This document shows positions 19,641 through 28,998 of a stretch of DNA of 64,000 nt, one piece after another. The DNA is taken from contig JAFTXE010000018.1 in the NCBI GenBank assembly GCA_017461745.1, forward strand, positions 564-64,563, written 5' to 3'. The translations under genes and the position numbers were made by a program. Source of the DNA: Clostridia bacterium (GTDB lineage Bacteria > Bacillota > Clostridia > Oscillospirales > CAG-272). Each line of letters begins with the position of its first letter. Position 1 is the first letter of the stretch. A model generated the notes under the pieces. That model saw only the letters and a list, made by a program, of their open reading frames with translations. It made no database searches and was not told the origin of the DNA.

Positions 19641-19685
19641 ATAGATAAATATACTGTTAACGGATACAAGCAGGAGTTAAGTTCA

Positions 19686-20300
19686 ATGAAGGAAAAAGTT
19701 ACTTTAGACAATATTAAAGAGGACCTTGAAAAGATAGTCGGGCTCAAAAGCTACAGAACTTCCGAATGGCGTATATCGTTTATATTGCCGTTTATGCTGA
19801 TAGGACTTATCGAGACGTTTTATTTTAAGTACCGTTGGATTGGAATGGCGTTCTTTGTGGGAGCGATATACCACGCTTTTCAGCTTTCTCGCGAGAGTAA
19901 GCAAAACGAGAAAAAGCGGCGAGAGCTTGCGGATGCGGTCGGCAGAGGGGATTTTTCCATTTCTAGACAAACGCTTTCTCATATAGCCACCGAAACTATT
20001 TACGAGCCGAACCAATCGGGAAGCCACGGGCGCGTATCTAAAGATATCAAGTGCTTTTATTTCCTTTCGGGTATAAGCTGGCGCGTGCCCGAGGTGGACG
20101 TACATTATGGGTGGAGTAAGGAATTTTATATGACGTCGAGCGGACTTGATAATACTTCGGTGAAGGGAAACGAATTTTACTTCGTTACGCTTAAAGGACA
20201 TCACGATATATCGTATATTTACAATACGAATATGTTTTATGTTGAAGAAAATACGGTCAGCGATGAAGCTGTTAACGAGGAAAAAGAGGAGATTATATAA
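19686..20300 (+). CDS. hypothetical membrane protein
   Basis: 204 aa; two N-terminal TM helices then a soluble domain; no motif recognised. Confidence 0.5.
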   Translation: MKEKVTLDNIKEDLEKIVGLKSYRTSEWRISFILPFMLIGLIETFYFKYRWIGMAFFVGAIYHAFQLSRESKQNEKKRRELADAVGRGDFSISRQTLSHIATETIYEPNQSGSHGRVSKDIKCFYFLSGISWRVPEVDVHYGWSKEFYMTSSGLDNTSVKGNEFYFVTLKGHHDISYIYNTNMFYVEENTVSDEAVNEEKEEII

Positions 20301-20917
20301 TGAAGGTTCTTATGATAAACGGTAGTCCAAAGGACAACGGAAATACGGCGAGAGCGCTTGCCGAAATGTGCGGAGTGTTTGAGAAGGAGGGCGTGGAAAT
20401 TGAATATTTCCACGTTGGTAATAAAGCGATAAGCGGTTGTACGGGTTGTGCGGCTTGTTTTAAAATAAAGAAGTGCGCTATAGACGACGTTGTGAACGAG
20501 CTTGCGCTGAAGCTTGAGCAATGCGACGGCGTGGTGATTGGTTCGCCCGTGTATTACGCCGCTCCCAACGGTACTCTTATAGCTCTGCTTGACAGGCTGT
20601 TTTACAGCACCAAATTCGATAAAAGAATGAAGGTCGGCGCGGCTCTTGTAGTTGCGCGCAGAGGCGGCTGTACGGCGGCGTTCGACCAGCTGAATAAGTA
20701 TTTTTCAATAAGCGGAATGCCCATAGCTCCAAGTCAATATTGGAATATCGCTCACGGCGCACTGCCAGGTCAGATAGAGGAGGACGGAGAAGGGCTTCAA
20801 ACAATGAGGACACTCGCCGCTAATATGGTGTTTCTTATGAGAAGCATCGACCTCGGCAAGCAGGCATATGGATTGCCCGAAAAGGAAAAGGCGGTAAGAA
20901 CTAATTTCGTGAGATGA
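20300..20917 (+). CDS. flavodoxin-like NADPH-dependent FMN reductase / iron-sulfur flavoprotein
   Basis: 205 aa; MKVLMINGSPK...GNT, CTGCAAC cysteine cluster, GSPVYY motif; ATG overlaps the previous stop. Confidence 0.75.
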   Translation: MKVLMINGSPKDNGNTARALAEMCGVFEKEGVEIEYFHVGNKAISGCTGCAACFKIKKCAIDDVVNELALKLEQCDGVVIGSPVYYAAPNGTLIALLDRLFYSTKFDKRMKVGAALVVARRGGCTAAFDQLNKYFSISGMPIAPSQYWNIAHGALPGQIEEDGEGLQTMRTLAANMVFLMRSIDLGKQAYGLPEKEKAVRTNFVR

Positions 20918-21110
20918 GAGATTAGTTTGTGAGGGGATTGTTTTTTGTCAGAAACTTTCTTTAGAGAAAGTTTCCGACACCTTCAAAGAACTTGAAGAAA
21001 TAAATATTAAGGCTGTTGGAATTTTGTATTGCGCTAAATTGTGAGTACGGTATTTTTCTAAGGTGGAAACCACGTCAAACGCTGCTGCACGTTTGACGGG
21101 TTTCTTTTTT
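20918..21110 (+). repeat. composite post-stop-codon repeat, family R1, copy A
   Basis: Starts right after the stop with GAGATTAGTTTGTGAGGGG; hairpin GAAACTTTC..GAAAGTTTC; ends with terminator GGAAACCACGTCAAACG..CGTTTGACGGGTTTC+T6; similar to 26517.. and 33269.. Confidence 0.7.
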
Positions 21111-21144
21111 ATTTAAAGTTGCGGTGCGGATATCTCTCAAAGCG

Positions 21145-21191
21145 GTAGGGGCGACCATCGTCGGCCGCGGACGTGCAATGCACGCCCCTAC
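21145..21191. repeat. GTAGGGGCG...CGCCCCTAC palindromic element (inverted copy)
   Basis: Reverse complement matches the elements at 40827..40875 and 43743..43791. Confidence 0.65.
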
Positions 21192-21251
21192 AAAATCGAA
21201 GTCATAACCGCTGGTTTCAACTAAGCTGGTGTTTTTCTCTAACCAAAAACC

Positions 21252-21279
21252 AAAAAAGCCTTGAAAATCAAGGCTTTTT
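21252..21279. terminator. bidirectional terminator
   Basis: A6-GCCTTGA-AAA-TCAAGGC-T5 downstream of the minus-strand gene ending at 21341. Confidence 0.6.
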
Positions 21280-21340
21280 CTGTGGCTATATCTTTTTTAT
21301 CGTCCTTTGATATGTTGTGCGTCCTTAATAGATGCCGTAA

Positions 21341-23029
21341 TTATTTTGTGTACTCTATTTGATATTCTACCAAGCTCATAGTGTTACTCTCTGCATTATA
21401 AATAATACTGATAAAATCATATATTCCGCTTTTGCTTGGCAAGCTATTAAATTCTTTTGTTGTTTTGTTGTATATTAGGTAGTAATCGCTTGATTCCATA
21501 TCATATAGATACGAGGTGATACCAACCATATCGTTAGGTATGTATGACATCCACTTTGTGTCACTTTCAAGATATTTCTCAAATTCTGCCACGCAAGCAT
21601 TATCAAAATAAATATCGCTGGTATAGTAAATATATCCGCGAGGTGATGATTGCGTTCCTTGAGTCCAATCGCGTGTATTAATTTGAGTATGCTCGGGAAT
21701 GTCAATATTCAATATTTGCTCTGCTTTCAAAATCGGTTCATCACTGTGCGAATATATATCGTCAAAAATAAAAGTAAATGAGCCGTAAATGCAAAGCAAT
21801 GCCGCCATAATAAATCCAACAATCACGTTTTTCTTATACTTGAATCCTTTTTTCTTCAAGTAAAAACCAAACATGATTGATGCTATAGGAATAGGAAGAA
21901 ACAAAAAGAATGCCCACATATTCTCATATTCCATTGCCCCCGGATTGATAACGGATAAAATAGCAGTGCCTATCAAACCACCCCATATAGAGCAAATAGA
22001 GAAAGCAAACAAAAGAATAGAAATTACACGCTGCCGACCTCTTGGTTTTGGAGAATATGTTTGAGAATTTATCCAATCACATGGATTTATGATAGGTTCA
22101 GTTATAGTACTATCGACTTTTTCAGACGATTCCTCATTAGTATAGTCCGAGTTTTCGTCAGAGGCAACTGCATCCTCCTGTATTGAATCATCTTTTTCTG
22201 CTATTTTTTTCAGATATTCATTAGAAAGACAAGCCAACATCAACTTGGGATATTGCTCTTTAACGAGACGAAATCGAAATTCTGCCTCTTTAATTTCCTC
22301 AAGTTCAAATGATATCAAACCTTTAAGATATTGAATATATGCTTCTGTCACATTGCGAGAAGTCCATGGCACAAGCTGCTCGCGAAGCTCAGAAATTTTT
22401 TCCGAATCGTGATCATAGAGCGCACAAAGCATATGAAGCACCGTTTGACACCTTTCGTTTATCAAGCGTTGCTTTTCTTTTTGACGAGTCAATTGTGAAA
22501 GCTCTTGGTCGTATTTAGATGCAGTATCTTTTAGCATATTACCGTCTTCAAGAAAAAATGCACATCTCGCTTTTTGAAACAGACCAACCATTGCATAGTT
22601 TCTATTTCGAGCACCAATCATTTTTTCTGCATATTTAATTGCTTCCAAATAATTTCCAAGATATAAATAGTCTTGCAAAAAAATAGAATTTGGAGGGTCG
22701 TGCTTGTATACGTTGAGATATAGAATAAGCTGTTTTTCAGGATCACATTCTTGATCCATTGACGATGTCAACGGATGCGTAATGAATAATACTGCAAAAA
22801 ACAATATCAAAAGACAAACAATAACCATCAATAAAAGAACCCCTATAGGCAAGCCTTTGGAAGTAACCGTCTCTGTTACTCCATTGACTGTATATGTTGA
22901 GGTTGAAGATCCGCCGAAAATAAAAATAGCAATTATCGCAATGACAGTAATAACTATCGCAAATTTTCTTCTTTTTTTAATCTTTTTTATTAAATCGGTA
23001 TACTTTGGTATTTTTTGATTTTGATTCAT
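21341..23029 (-). CDS. hypothetical membrane protein with TPR-like middle region
   Basis: 562 aa; N-terminal TM pair, helical repeat region, acidic linker, 4 TM, C-terminal beta-rich domain; AT-rich codon usage. Confidence 0.55.
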   Translation of the reverse strand: MNQNQKIPKYTDLIKKIKKRRKFAIVITVIAIIAIFIFGGSSTSTYTVNGVTETVTSKGLPIGVLLLMVIVCLLILFFAVLFITHPLTSSMDQECDPEKQLILYLNVYKHDPPNSIFLQDYLYLGNYLEAIKYAEKMIGARNRNYAMVGLFQKARCAFFLEDGNMLKDTASKYDQELSQLTRQKEKQRLINERCQTVLHMLCALYDHDSEKISELREQLVPWTSRNVTEAYIQYLKGLISFELEEIKEAEFRFRLVKEQYPKLMLACLSNEYLKKIAEKDDSIQEDAVASDENSDYTNEESSEKVDSTITEPIINPCDWINSQTYSPKPRGRQRVISILLFAFSICSIWGGLIGTAILSVINPGAMEYENMWAFFLFLPIPIASIMFGFYLKKKGFKYKKNVIVGFIMAALLCIYGSFTFIFDDIYSHSDEPILKAEQILNIDIPEHTQINTRDWTQGTQSSPRGYIYYTSDIYFDNACVAEFEKYLESDTKWMSYIPNDMVGITSYLYDMESSDYYLIYNKTTKEFNSLPSKSGIYDFISIIYNAESNTMSLVEYQIEYTK

Positions 23030-23050
23030 AGTGATTCTCCGTACTTAAAT

Positions 23051-23082
23051 AAAAAGGTGTGCATAACCGAAGTATGCACACC
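23051..23082 (-). terminator. intrinsic terminator inside the 5' leader of the 21341..23029 gene
   Basis: Minus strand GGUGUGCAUA-CUUCGGU-UAUGCACACC followed by UUUUU, 21 nt before the RBS. Confidence 0.65.
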
Positions 23083-23270
23083 GAAAAACGCAAACTCCGA
23101 TTGCTGCTACACAAAACTTAACAAGCGTAGAGAAAACTCATACTTAGATGCCAAGTGGAATTTGCATTTTTTCCAAATTCATTATTAGCATACAAGTATA
23201 GGAATAAACCTCTCTATAAAAAAAATAGAGAGTCCTCTCGCATAAGCTTGTTGATTAAATTTTGTGTAGC
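23083..23270 (-). promoter_or_regulatory. structured 5' leader / candidate invertible segment (copy L1)
   Basis: Inverted repeats 23106..23126 and 23246..23270, hairpin block A 23154..23180, 17-mer block B 23084..23100; homologous blocks at 47891..47983. Confidence 0.55.
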
Positions 23271-23276
23271 AAGGAT

Positions 23277-23305
23277 ATTATATCATAAATTCCATGGTTT
23301 GTCAA
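23277..23305 (-). promoter_or_regulatory. consensus promoter TTGACA-17-(TGa)TATAAT on minus strand
   Basis: Reverse complement of 23277..23305 = TTGACAAACCATGGAATTTATGATATAAT. Confidence 0.6.
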
Positions 23306-23368
23306 TATTAAGGGGAATATAAAAATTGTATCACAACAATTTAACATCAAGAAAAATTATAAAAGCAC

Positions 23369-23397
23369 TTGAATAAAATTCTGACCTGTGATATAAT
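23369..23397 (+). promoter_or_regulatory. promoter TTGAAT-17-(TGa)TATAAT for metY
   Basis: -35 at 23369..23374, -10 at 23392..23397; short leader. Confidence 0.5.
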
Positions 23398-23429
23398 TAA
23401 ATATGAATTTGTTTTTTAGGAGAAAAGTT

Positions 23430-24716
23430 ATGTCTGAATTTAAAATTGAAACAAAATGTATACAGTCGGGATACACTCCCAAGAACGGTGAGCCTCGTGT
23501 TCTTCCTATTTGCCAGAGCACGACCTACAAGTATGACAGCGCCGCTCATCTTGGCGACCTTTTTGACCTGAAGGTTGCGGGTCATATGTATTCCAGAATT
23601 TCCAATCCAACGGTTGAGTGCGTTGAGAATAAGATTGCTGACCTTGAGGGCGGTACGGGAGCGGTTCTTTGCTCCTCGGGACAGGCTGCAAATCTGCTTG
23701 CCATTCTCAATATTACCTCTGCGGGACAGAATATCGTAAGTATGTCCTCTATCTACGGCGGTACTATCAACCTCTTTGCCGTAACTCTTAAGCGCATGGG
23801 TATTGAGGTTCGTTTTGTTACCCCTGAGATGTCCGACGAGGAGGTCGCTGCTCATATTGACGAGAACACGCGCCTTTTCTTCGGCGAGACCATCGCAAAC
23901 CCCGCACTCGTCGTATTCGATATCGAAAGATATGCAAAGCTTGCTCATGCGCACGGTATTCCGCTTCTTATAGACAATACCTTTGCGACTCCCGTTCTTT
24001 GCCGCCCCTTTGAGCACGGTGCGGATATAGTTATTCATTCAACTACCAAATACATGGACGGACACGCTCAGGTAGTCGGTGGCGTTGTGGTTGACGGCGG
24101 AAAATTCGATTGGACGGCGGGTAACAAGTATCCCGAGCTTACCGAGGTGGACGAGTCCTATCACGGTGTTATATATACAAAGGATTTCGGACTTAAGACT
24201 GCGTATATTACCAAGCTCCGTGTTCAGCTAGTTCGTGACTTTGGCGTTTTGATGCCTGCAATGTCCGCATATCTTCTCAATCTCGGACTTGAAACTCTTT
24301 CCGTCCGTATGGAGCGCCACTGCGCAAACGCGCTTAAGGTAGCTGAATATCTCTCCAAGAGCGACAAGGTATCGTGGGTCAACTATCCGCTTCTTGAAGG
24401 CAACAGCCAATATGAGCTTGCGAGCAAATATCTTCCCAACGGCGCTTGCGGAGTTATTTCCTTCGGCGTAAAGGGAGGAAGAGAAGCGGCTGTCAAGTTT
24501 ATGGACAGCTTAAAGCTTGCGGCGATAGTCGTTCACGTTGCGGACGCAAGAACCTCGGTTCTTCACCCTGCAAGCACGACGCACCGTCAGCTTACCGACG
24601 AGCAGCTTGTTGATGCGGGAATTACGCCCGATCTTGTAAGACTTTCCGTTGGTATTGAAAACGCTGATGACATTATTGCCGACATCGAACAGGCGCTTGA
24701 AATATCTCAGAAATAA
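23430..24716 (+). CDS. metY: O-acetylhomoserine aminocarboxypropyltransferase/sulfhydrylase (PLP-dependent)
   Basis: 428 aa from MSEFKIETKC (AGGAG RBS); Cys/Met-metabolism PLP family, STTKYMDGH lysine motif. Confidence 0.9.
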   Translation: MSEFKIETKCIQSGYTPKNGEPRVLPICQSTTYKYDSAAHLGDLFDLKVAGHMYSRISNPTVECVENKIADLEGGTGAVLCSSGQAANLLAILNITSAGQNIVSMSSIYGGTINLFAVTLKRMGIEVRFVTPEMSDEEVAAHIDENTRLFFGETIANPALVVFDIERYAKLAHAHGIPLLIDNTFATPVLCRPFEHGADIVIHSTTKYMDGHAQVVGGVVVDGGKFDWTAGNKYPELTEVDESYHGVIYTKDFGLKTAYITKLRVQLVRDFGVLMPAMSAYLLNLGLETLSVRMERHCANALKVAEYLSKSDKVSWVNYPLLEGNSQYELASKYLPNGACGVISFGVKGGREAAVKFMDSLKLAAIVVHVADARTSVLHPASTTHRQLTDEQLVDAGITPDLVRLSVGIENADDIIADIEQALEISQK

Positions 24717-24761
24717 AAACGTTATTAATATTTGAAAGTATTATGAAAGTGAGGCAGAGCC

Positions 24762-25679
24762 ATGCCAATAAGAATACCAAATCTTCTGCCCGCAACGCAG
24801 ACCTTACTTGAGGAAAATATCTTCGTAATGACTGAGACCCGTGCTATGACGCAGGATATCCGTCCCTTGAAGATACTTATGCTCAATCTCATGCCGCAGA
24901 AGATAGTTACAGAAACGCAGATAGCAAGGCTCATTGGAAACACGCCCTTGCAGGTCTCCCTTGAGCTTTTACAGACCGCTACGCATAAATCAAAGCACAC
25001 CTCGGCTGAGCATATGCTTGCGTTCTATAAGACCTTTGACGAGGTCAGAAGCAACAAGTACGACGGGCTTATAATAACGGGCGCTCCCGTTGAGCACCTC
25101 GACTTCGAGGAGGTCGAATATTGGGATGAGCTTTGCGAGATAATGGAGTGGAGCAAGACGCACGTTACGAGCACCTTCCATATATGTTGGGGAGCTCAGG
25201 CAGGTCTTTACTATCACTATGGAGTTAAAAAATATCCGCTTGATAAAAAGCTTTTCGGAGTGTTTGAGCATAAGCTCGACCACAAGCACTCAATACTTTT
25301 CCGTGGCTTTGACGATACCTTCGTCGTCCCTCATTCAAGGCATACGACCTGCAATCGTGAGGATATCGAGGCAGTACCCGAGCTGAAGATCTTGTCAAGC
25401 TCCGATGAGGCGGGCGTTTTCGTTTGCGCTACCGACAAGGGCAGACAGATATTTGTGACGGGACATTCCGAGTACGACGCCGATACGCTGAAAAAGGAAT
25501 ATCTGCGTGATAAAAACGCGGGGCTTCCCATTGACGTACCTAAGAATTATTTCCCCGATGATGACGACACCAAAGAGCCTATCGTTCGCTGGAGAAGCTG
25601 TGCAAATCTTTTGTACTCCAATTGGCTGAACTATTTTGTATATCAGTCCACGCCGTACGATATAGACGCTATAGAATAA
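24762..25679 (+). CDS. metA: homoserine O-acyltransferase (MetA family)
   Basis: 305 aa; [11 protein letters not shown]..., [17 protein letters not shown] catalytic Cys motif. Confidence 0.9.
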   Translation: MPIRIPNLLPATQTLLEENIFVMTETRAMTQDIRPLKILMLNLMPQKIVTETQIARLIGNTPLQVSLELLQTATHKSKHTSAEHMLAFYKTFDEVRSNKYDGLIITGAPVEHLDFEEVEYWDELCEIMEWSKTHVTSTFHICWGAQAGLYYHYGVKKYPLDKKLFGVFEHKLDHKHSILFRGFDDTFVVPHSRHTTCNREDIEAVPELKILSSSDEAGVFVCATDKGRQIFVTGHSEYDADTLKKEYLRDKNAGLPIDVPKNYFPDDDDTKEPIVRWRSCANLLYSNWLNYFVYQSTPYDIDAIE

Positions 25680-25685
25680 TTCGTT

Positions 25686-26516
25686 ATGTATTCAAGGGTA
25701 TACGTTGAGATAACCAATATTTGTAACAGAAGCTGCTCGTTCTGCCCGGGGCACGACAGAGAGGCGCGGAGAATGACGGCGAGTGAGTTTGACGCTGTAA
25801 CGGACAAGCTCGTCGGCGTAACGCAATACCTTTACTATCACGTTATGGGCGAGCCGCTTACTCACCCGCTCTTGCCCGATTTTATAAGGACGGCGACCGA
25901 AAAGGGCTTTAAGTCCGTGGTTACCACAAACGGTACTTTGCTTGAGTCCGTCGGCGACGCACTTATTGATGCGGGAGTGTACAAGGTCAATATTTCCTTG
26001 CATAGCTTTGAGGGAGACGCCGCTGAGGCGTATGAGAAATATATAACCTCTTGCCTTGACTTTGCCGATAAGGCGAGCAGGGCAGGGGTTCTCGTTATAT
26101 TGCGACTGTGGAACAAGGGACACGACGGAGGCAGAAACGAGGATATAGTTGCGGCTATGAAGGAACGATTTTCGGACGCTGAATGGAAAGAGGACGCGCG
26201 AGGAGCGAGAATACGCCACCGCTTGCATCTTGAATACGGCGAACGCTTTGAGTGGCCTGACGCAAGCGCCGAGGACGGCGGAGCGGACGTGTTCTGCTAT
26301 GGGCTTTCCGACCATTTTTCCATACTGTGCGACGGAACGGTAGTGCCGTGCTGTCTTGACAGAAACGGAGCACTTGCGCTTGGTAACGTGCTTGTGGATA
26401 GCGTGGAGAAAATAATGACCTCAGATAGAGCCGAACGGATACGCCGCGGCTTCAAAAACAGAACTGCCGCGGAGGATCTTTGCCGCAGGTGCGGATACGC
26501 GAGAATGAAGTTTTGA
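25686..26516 (+). CDS. radical SAM protein with C-terminal SPASM/twitch-like Cys cluster
   Basis: 276 aa; CNRSCSFCPG (CxxxCxxC) at the N-terminus; C-terminal CDGTVVPCC...CRRCGY. Confidence 0.8.
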   Translation: MYSRVYVEITNICNRSCSFCPGHDREARRMTASEFDAVTDKLVGVTQYLYYHVMGEPLTHPLLPDFIRTATEKGFKSVVTTNGTLLESVGDALIDAGVYKVNISLHSFEGDAAEAYEKYITSCLDFADKASRAGVLVILRLWNKGHDGGRNEDIVAAMKERFSDAEWKEDARGARIRHRLHLEYGERFEWPDASAEDGGADVFCYGLSDHFSILCDGTVVPCCLDRNGALALGNVLVDSVEKIMTSDRAERIRRGFKNRTAAEDLCRRCGYARMKF

Positions 26517-26711
26517 TGAAAGTTAGTTTGTGACGATGGGGACGCGATTTTGGGGTCTTTCTTTCGGAGAAAGACCCCATACCCCAAAGAACTCGTAAAA
26601 AATAAATATTACGGTTGATAAAATGTAGTGCTGTGCTTAATTTGAAGTATGGTACTTTCTACGGTAGAAACCGCGTCAAATGCTGCTGCACATTTGACGG
26701 GTTTCTTTTTT
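26517..26711 (+). repeat. composite post-stop-codon repeat, family R1, copy B
   Basis: TGAAAGTTAGTTTGTGACGATGGGGACGCG head, GGGGTCTTTCTTTCGGAGAAAGACCCC hairpin, terminator hairpin + T-run; near-identical stretches at 33269..33446. Confidence 0.75.
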
Positions 26712-26894
26712 ATTAAAAAGATAGTGCGAACACTTACAAAGGCTCTCCTTGTAGGAGAGCTGTCAGCGAAAGCTGACTGAGAGGTCTACACGGATATGCG
26801 TACTAACCTTGTCATTGCGAGGGAGCTTTAAATGGAATTTACAAAAACAAAGGATACCTAACGTTAAAGCAAGGTATCCTTTATATTTTCAGGT

Positions 26895-28958
26895 TTATTT
26901 GATTTTCATAACGCCCTTATATTCGAGGAGCTTGATATAAAGTCCGCCCTGAACGGTACGGTTGCGGAAGCCCTTCCATATTTTATCGGTGCTGCTGTAA
27001 TAACCCTTATACTCGCCTGTGGTCGTCCAATACCAGTCGGTCATAGGAACGCGGGAGGGAGATACGGTGTTGTGGAACGCATCCCACATAGGCTCAATAA
27101 AGCGCTCAAAATCCGCTCTGTTGTCTGCAAGTGTTGCTGTCCATACCGTCCAGTCACTCTTGGTGTAGGGCTGGCGGCTGTCGAGCGGCAGACCGTAGGG
27201 CATCATGTGCTTGTAGTAGCTTGCTACCTCGGAGGCGATAACCGACTTGGGCATGATATTAGTGCCGAACAGCTTATCCCATACTATGTTGTACTTCATG
27301 CTGAACGTGTCGGGCTTGTCGAAGGCAAGACGGTAGCTTCCGTCTCCGTTGGACGCTCTCTTTTCCCAATCAAGTGCCATATCGCGAGCGATCTTGAGAT
27401 ATTTTCTCTCGTCTCTCTTGTTGCCGTTCATGCCGTAGATAATACCAAGTCCCGCAATACCCATGATAGCCTTGAGGGAGAGGTTGCAGTTGTGAGCGAG
27501 GTGACCCGCAAAGTCGTCGGTGCAGAGCTGATTTTCAGGGTCTCTGCCGTTGTCAAGCAAATATTTTACCCACTGCTCAAGGATATCCATATGCGCGTTT
27601 GCAAAGGACGTGTCCTTGGTAGCTATTGCAACTGCCGCTTCCATAACGAGCATATTTCCGCATTCCTCAACGGGCATCTGCATGTCGTATCTCATTTCTT
27701 TTGTGACCTTGTCAATGCCGTATACCTGACCGTTAAGAATGGGGTATTTACCAACGTCGTGAGGAGCAAAGTCGTATTTGAAATCCTTAGTCCATTCGTC
27801 GCTTACCGCATACTTATAAATAGGACGCATCATGCCCTTAACGAGCTCGGGATTGTAAAGAAGGAACAGGGGAATAGAGGGGTAGCTTACGTCAACCGTT
27901 GCGGCGCAACCGTTGGAATAGCATTCCTTGGAAATAAAGAGTACCTCGCCGTCGGTGTCTACTGCCAGCTTGTGAGCGGCAATGGTCTGACGGAGCGCAA
28001 GCTCAAGAAGCTCGGCGTACTTTTCGCCGCCCGCTCTTACAGCGTCAACGAACATACGGTCCTCAAACTCGCGGCAGCGGCGCATTGTGGTCTTGTATTC
28101 TGTGTGAGCCTTTACTATTTCGTCGGTGATACGCTCGCCGTTTTTGTTCCAATAGGAAGTAAGATGCTCGTGGAAATATTCGATGGACTTAATATCGTCG
28201 TAAGCGAAGGAGAATACCGTGGGAGCGCTCGTAAGTTGAACCTCGGCGTAAACGAAGGTCTCGTTTTTCTTGACAGCGTTTTCGTCGTCGGCAGAGGACG
28301 CCTTGGAATCGGCAAAGTAAGAGCCCGTTGCCTGAGCGTTTGCGTTACTGTCAGCAACTACGTACTGCTGAGTGTAGCTTCCGACGTTTCCGTTTACGCT
28401 GAGATAGAAGTAACCCCATTCAATTCTGAGGTCGTCACCGGGGCGGTTAAGTATCTTCTGGGACTTAGTTCCCATTTTTACGGATTTTATCTTTCCGTTG
28501 AGATCCAACGTTTCAACGTCGACCTCGTCGTCACCGCGCACGTTCATGCATATTTCCTCGGAAACGGCAATTTTTACGTTGACGGTGTGCTTTTTGCGGT
28601 CGATAATCTCTCTTGAAACCTCAAGGAAGCTTACGGGACGGGAAACGAGATAAAGATCGGTGGGAATAATGGGAGAGGTGAAGGTCAGCTTTAAGCGAAC
28701 TCCGTTCTCCTCAAAGGTATAAATTGTGGAAAATGCGGTTACGTCAACCGAGGTCTGAGTCATTGCGGGGATATTTTCGTTGACTTCAAGACCGATAATG
28801 CGGTATTCCTTGCCGTCGATGGTAGCAATTCCGCTGATTTTGTTGTTTTTGTCAGTCCAATGGACAGTATCGGTGTCATTAAGAAGGTCAGATTTTGCCC
28901 AAACGTTGAAATAAGGGTCAATGTTAATAAGAGGATACGCAGGCGCTCTGAGTTGCAT
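26895..28958 (-). CDS. glutaminase-like putative glycoside hydrolase (DUF4965/DUF1793-type architecture)
   Basis: 687 aa; N-terminus LRAPAYPLINIDPYFNVWA and overall pattern recalled from this family. Confidence 0.7.
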   Translation of the reverse strand: MQLRAPAYPLINIDPYFNVWAKSDLLNDTDTVHWTDKNNKISGIATIDGKEYRIIGLEVNENIPAMTQTSVDVTAFSTIYTFEENGVRLKLTFTSPIIPTDLYLVSRPVSFLEVSREIIDRKKHTVNVKIAVSEEICMNVRGDDEVDVETLDLNGKIKSVKMGTKSQKILNRPGDDLRIEWGYFYLSVNGNVGSYTQQYVVADSNANAQATGSYFADSKASSADDENAVKKNETFVYAEVQLTSAPTVFSFAYDDIKSIEYFHEHLTSYWNKNGERITDEIVKAHTEYKTTMRRCREFEDRMFVDAVRAGGEKYAELLELALRQTIAAHKLAVDTDGEVLFISKECYSNGCAATVDVSYPSIPLFLLYNPELVKGMMRPIYKYAVSDEWTKDFKYDFAPHDVGKYPILNGQVYGIDKVTKEMRYDMQMPVEECGNMLVMEAAVAIATKDTSFANAHMDILEQWVKYLLDNGRDPENQLCTDDFAGHLAHNCNLSLKAIMGIAGLGIIYGMNGNKRDERKYLKIARDMALDWEKRASNGDGSYRLAFDKPDTFSMKYNIVWDKLFGTNIMPKSVIASEVASYYKHMMPYGLPLDSRQPYTKSDWTVWTATLADNRADFERFIEPMWDAFHNTVSPSRVPMTDWYWTTTGEYKGYYSSTDKIWKGFRNRTVQGGLYIKLLEYKGVMKIK

Positions 28959-28998
28959 AATTTAATCTCCTTTATTATTTATTTTTGTCTACGATTGC

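Noticed and set aside
23306-23429. Expected SAM riboswitch or Met T-box upstream of metY
   Set aside because: The promoter at 23369..23397 leaves only a ~30-nt leader. No S-box or T-box consensus is seen, and the structured element nearby is on the opposite strand (see finding L1).
26297-26587. ORFs beginning MGYGVFLRKKDPK (also the start of 32495..33322)
   Set aside because: The shared N-termini are translations of the R1 repeat hairpin on the minus strand, not genes.
27072-28616. 514-aa plus-strand ORF
   Set aside because: It is a codon-aligned shadow of the DUF4965-type hydrolase gene on the minus strand, with no independent coding signal.
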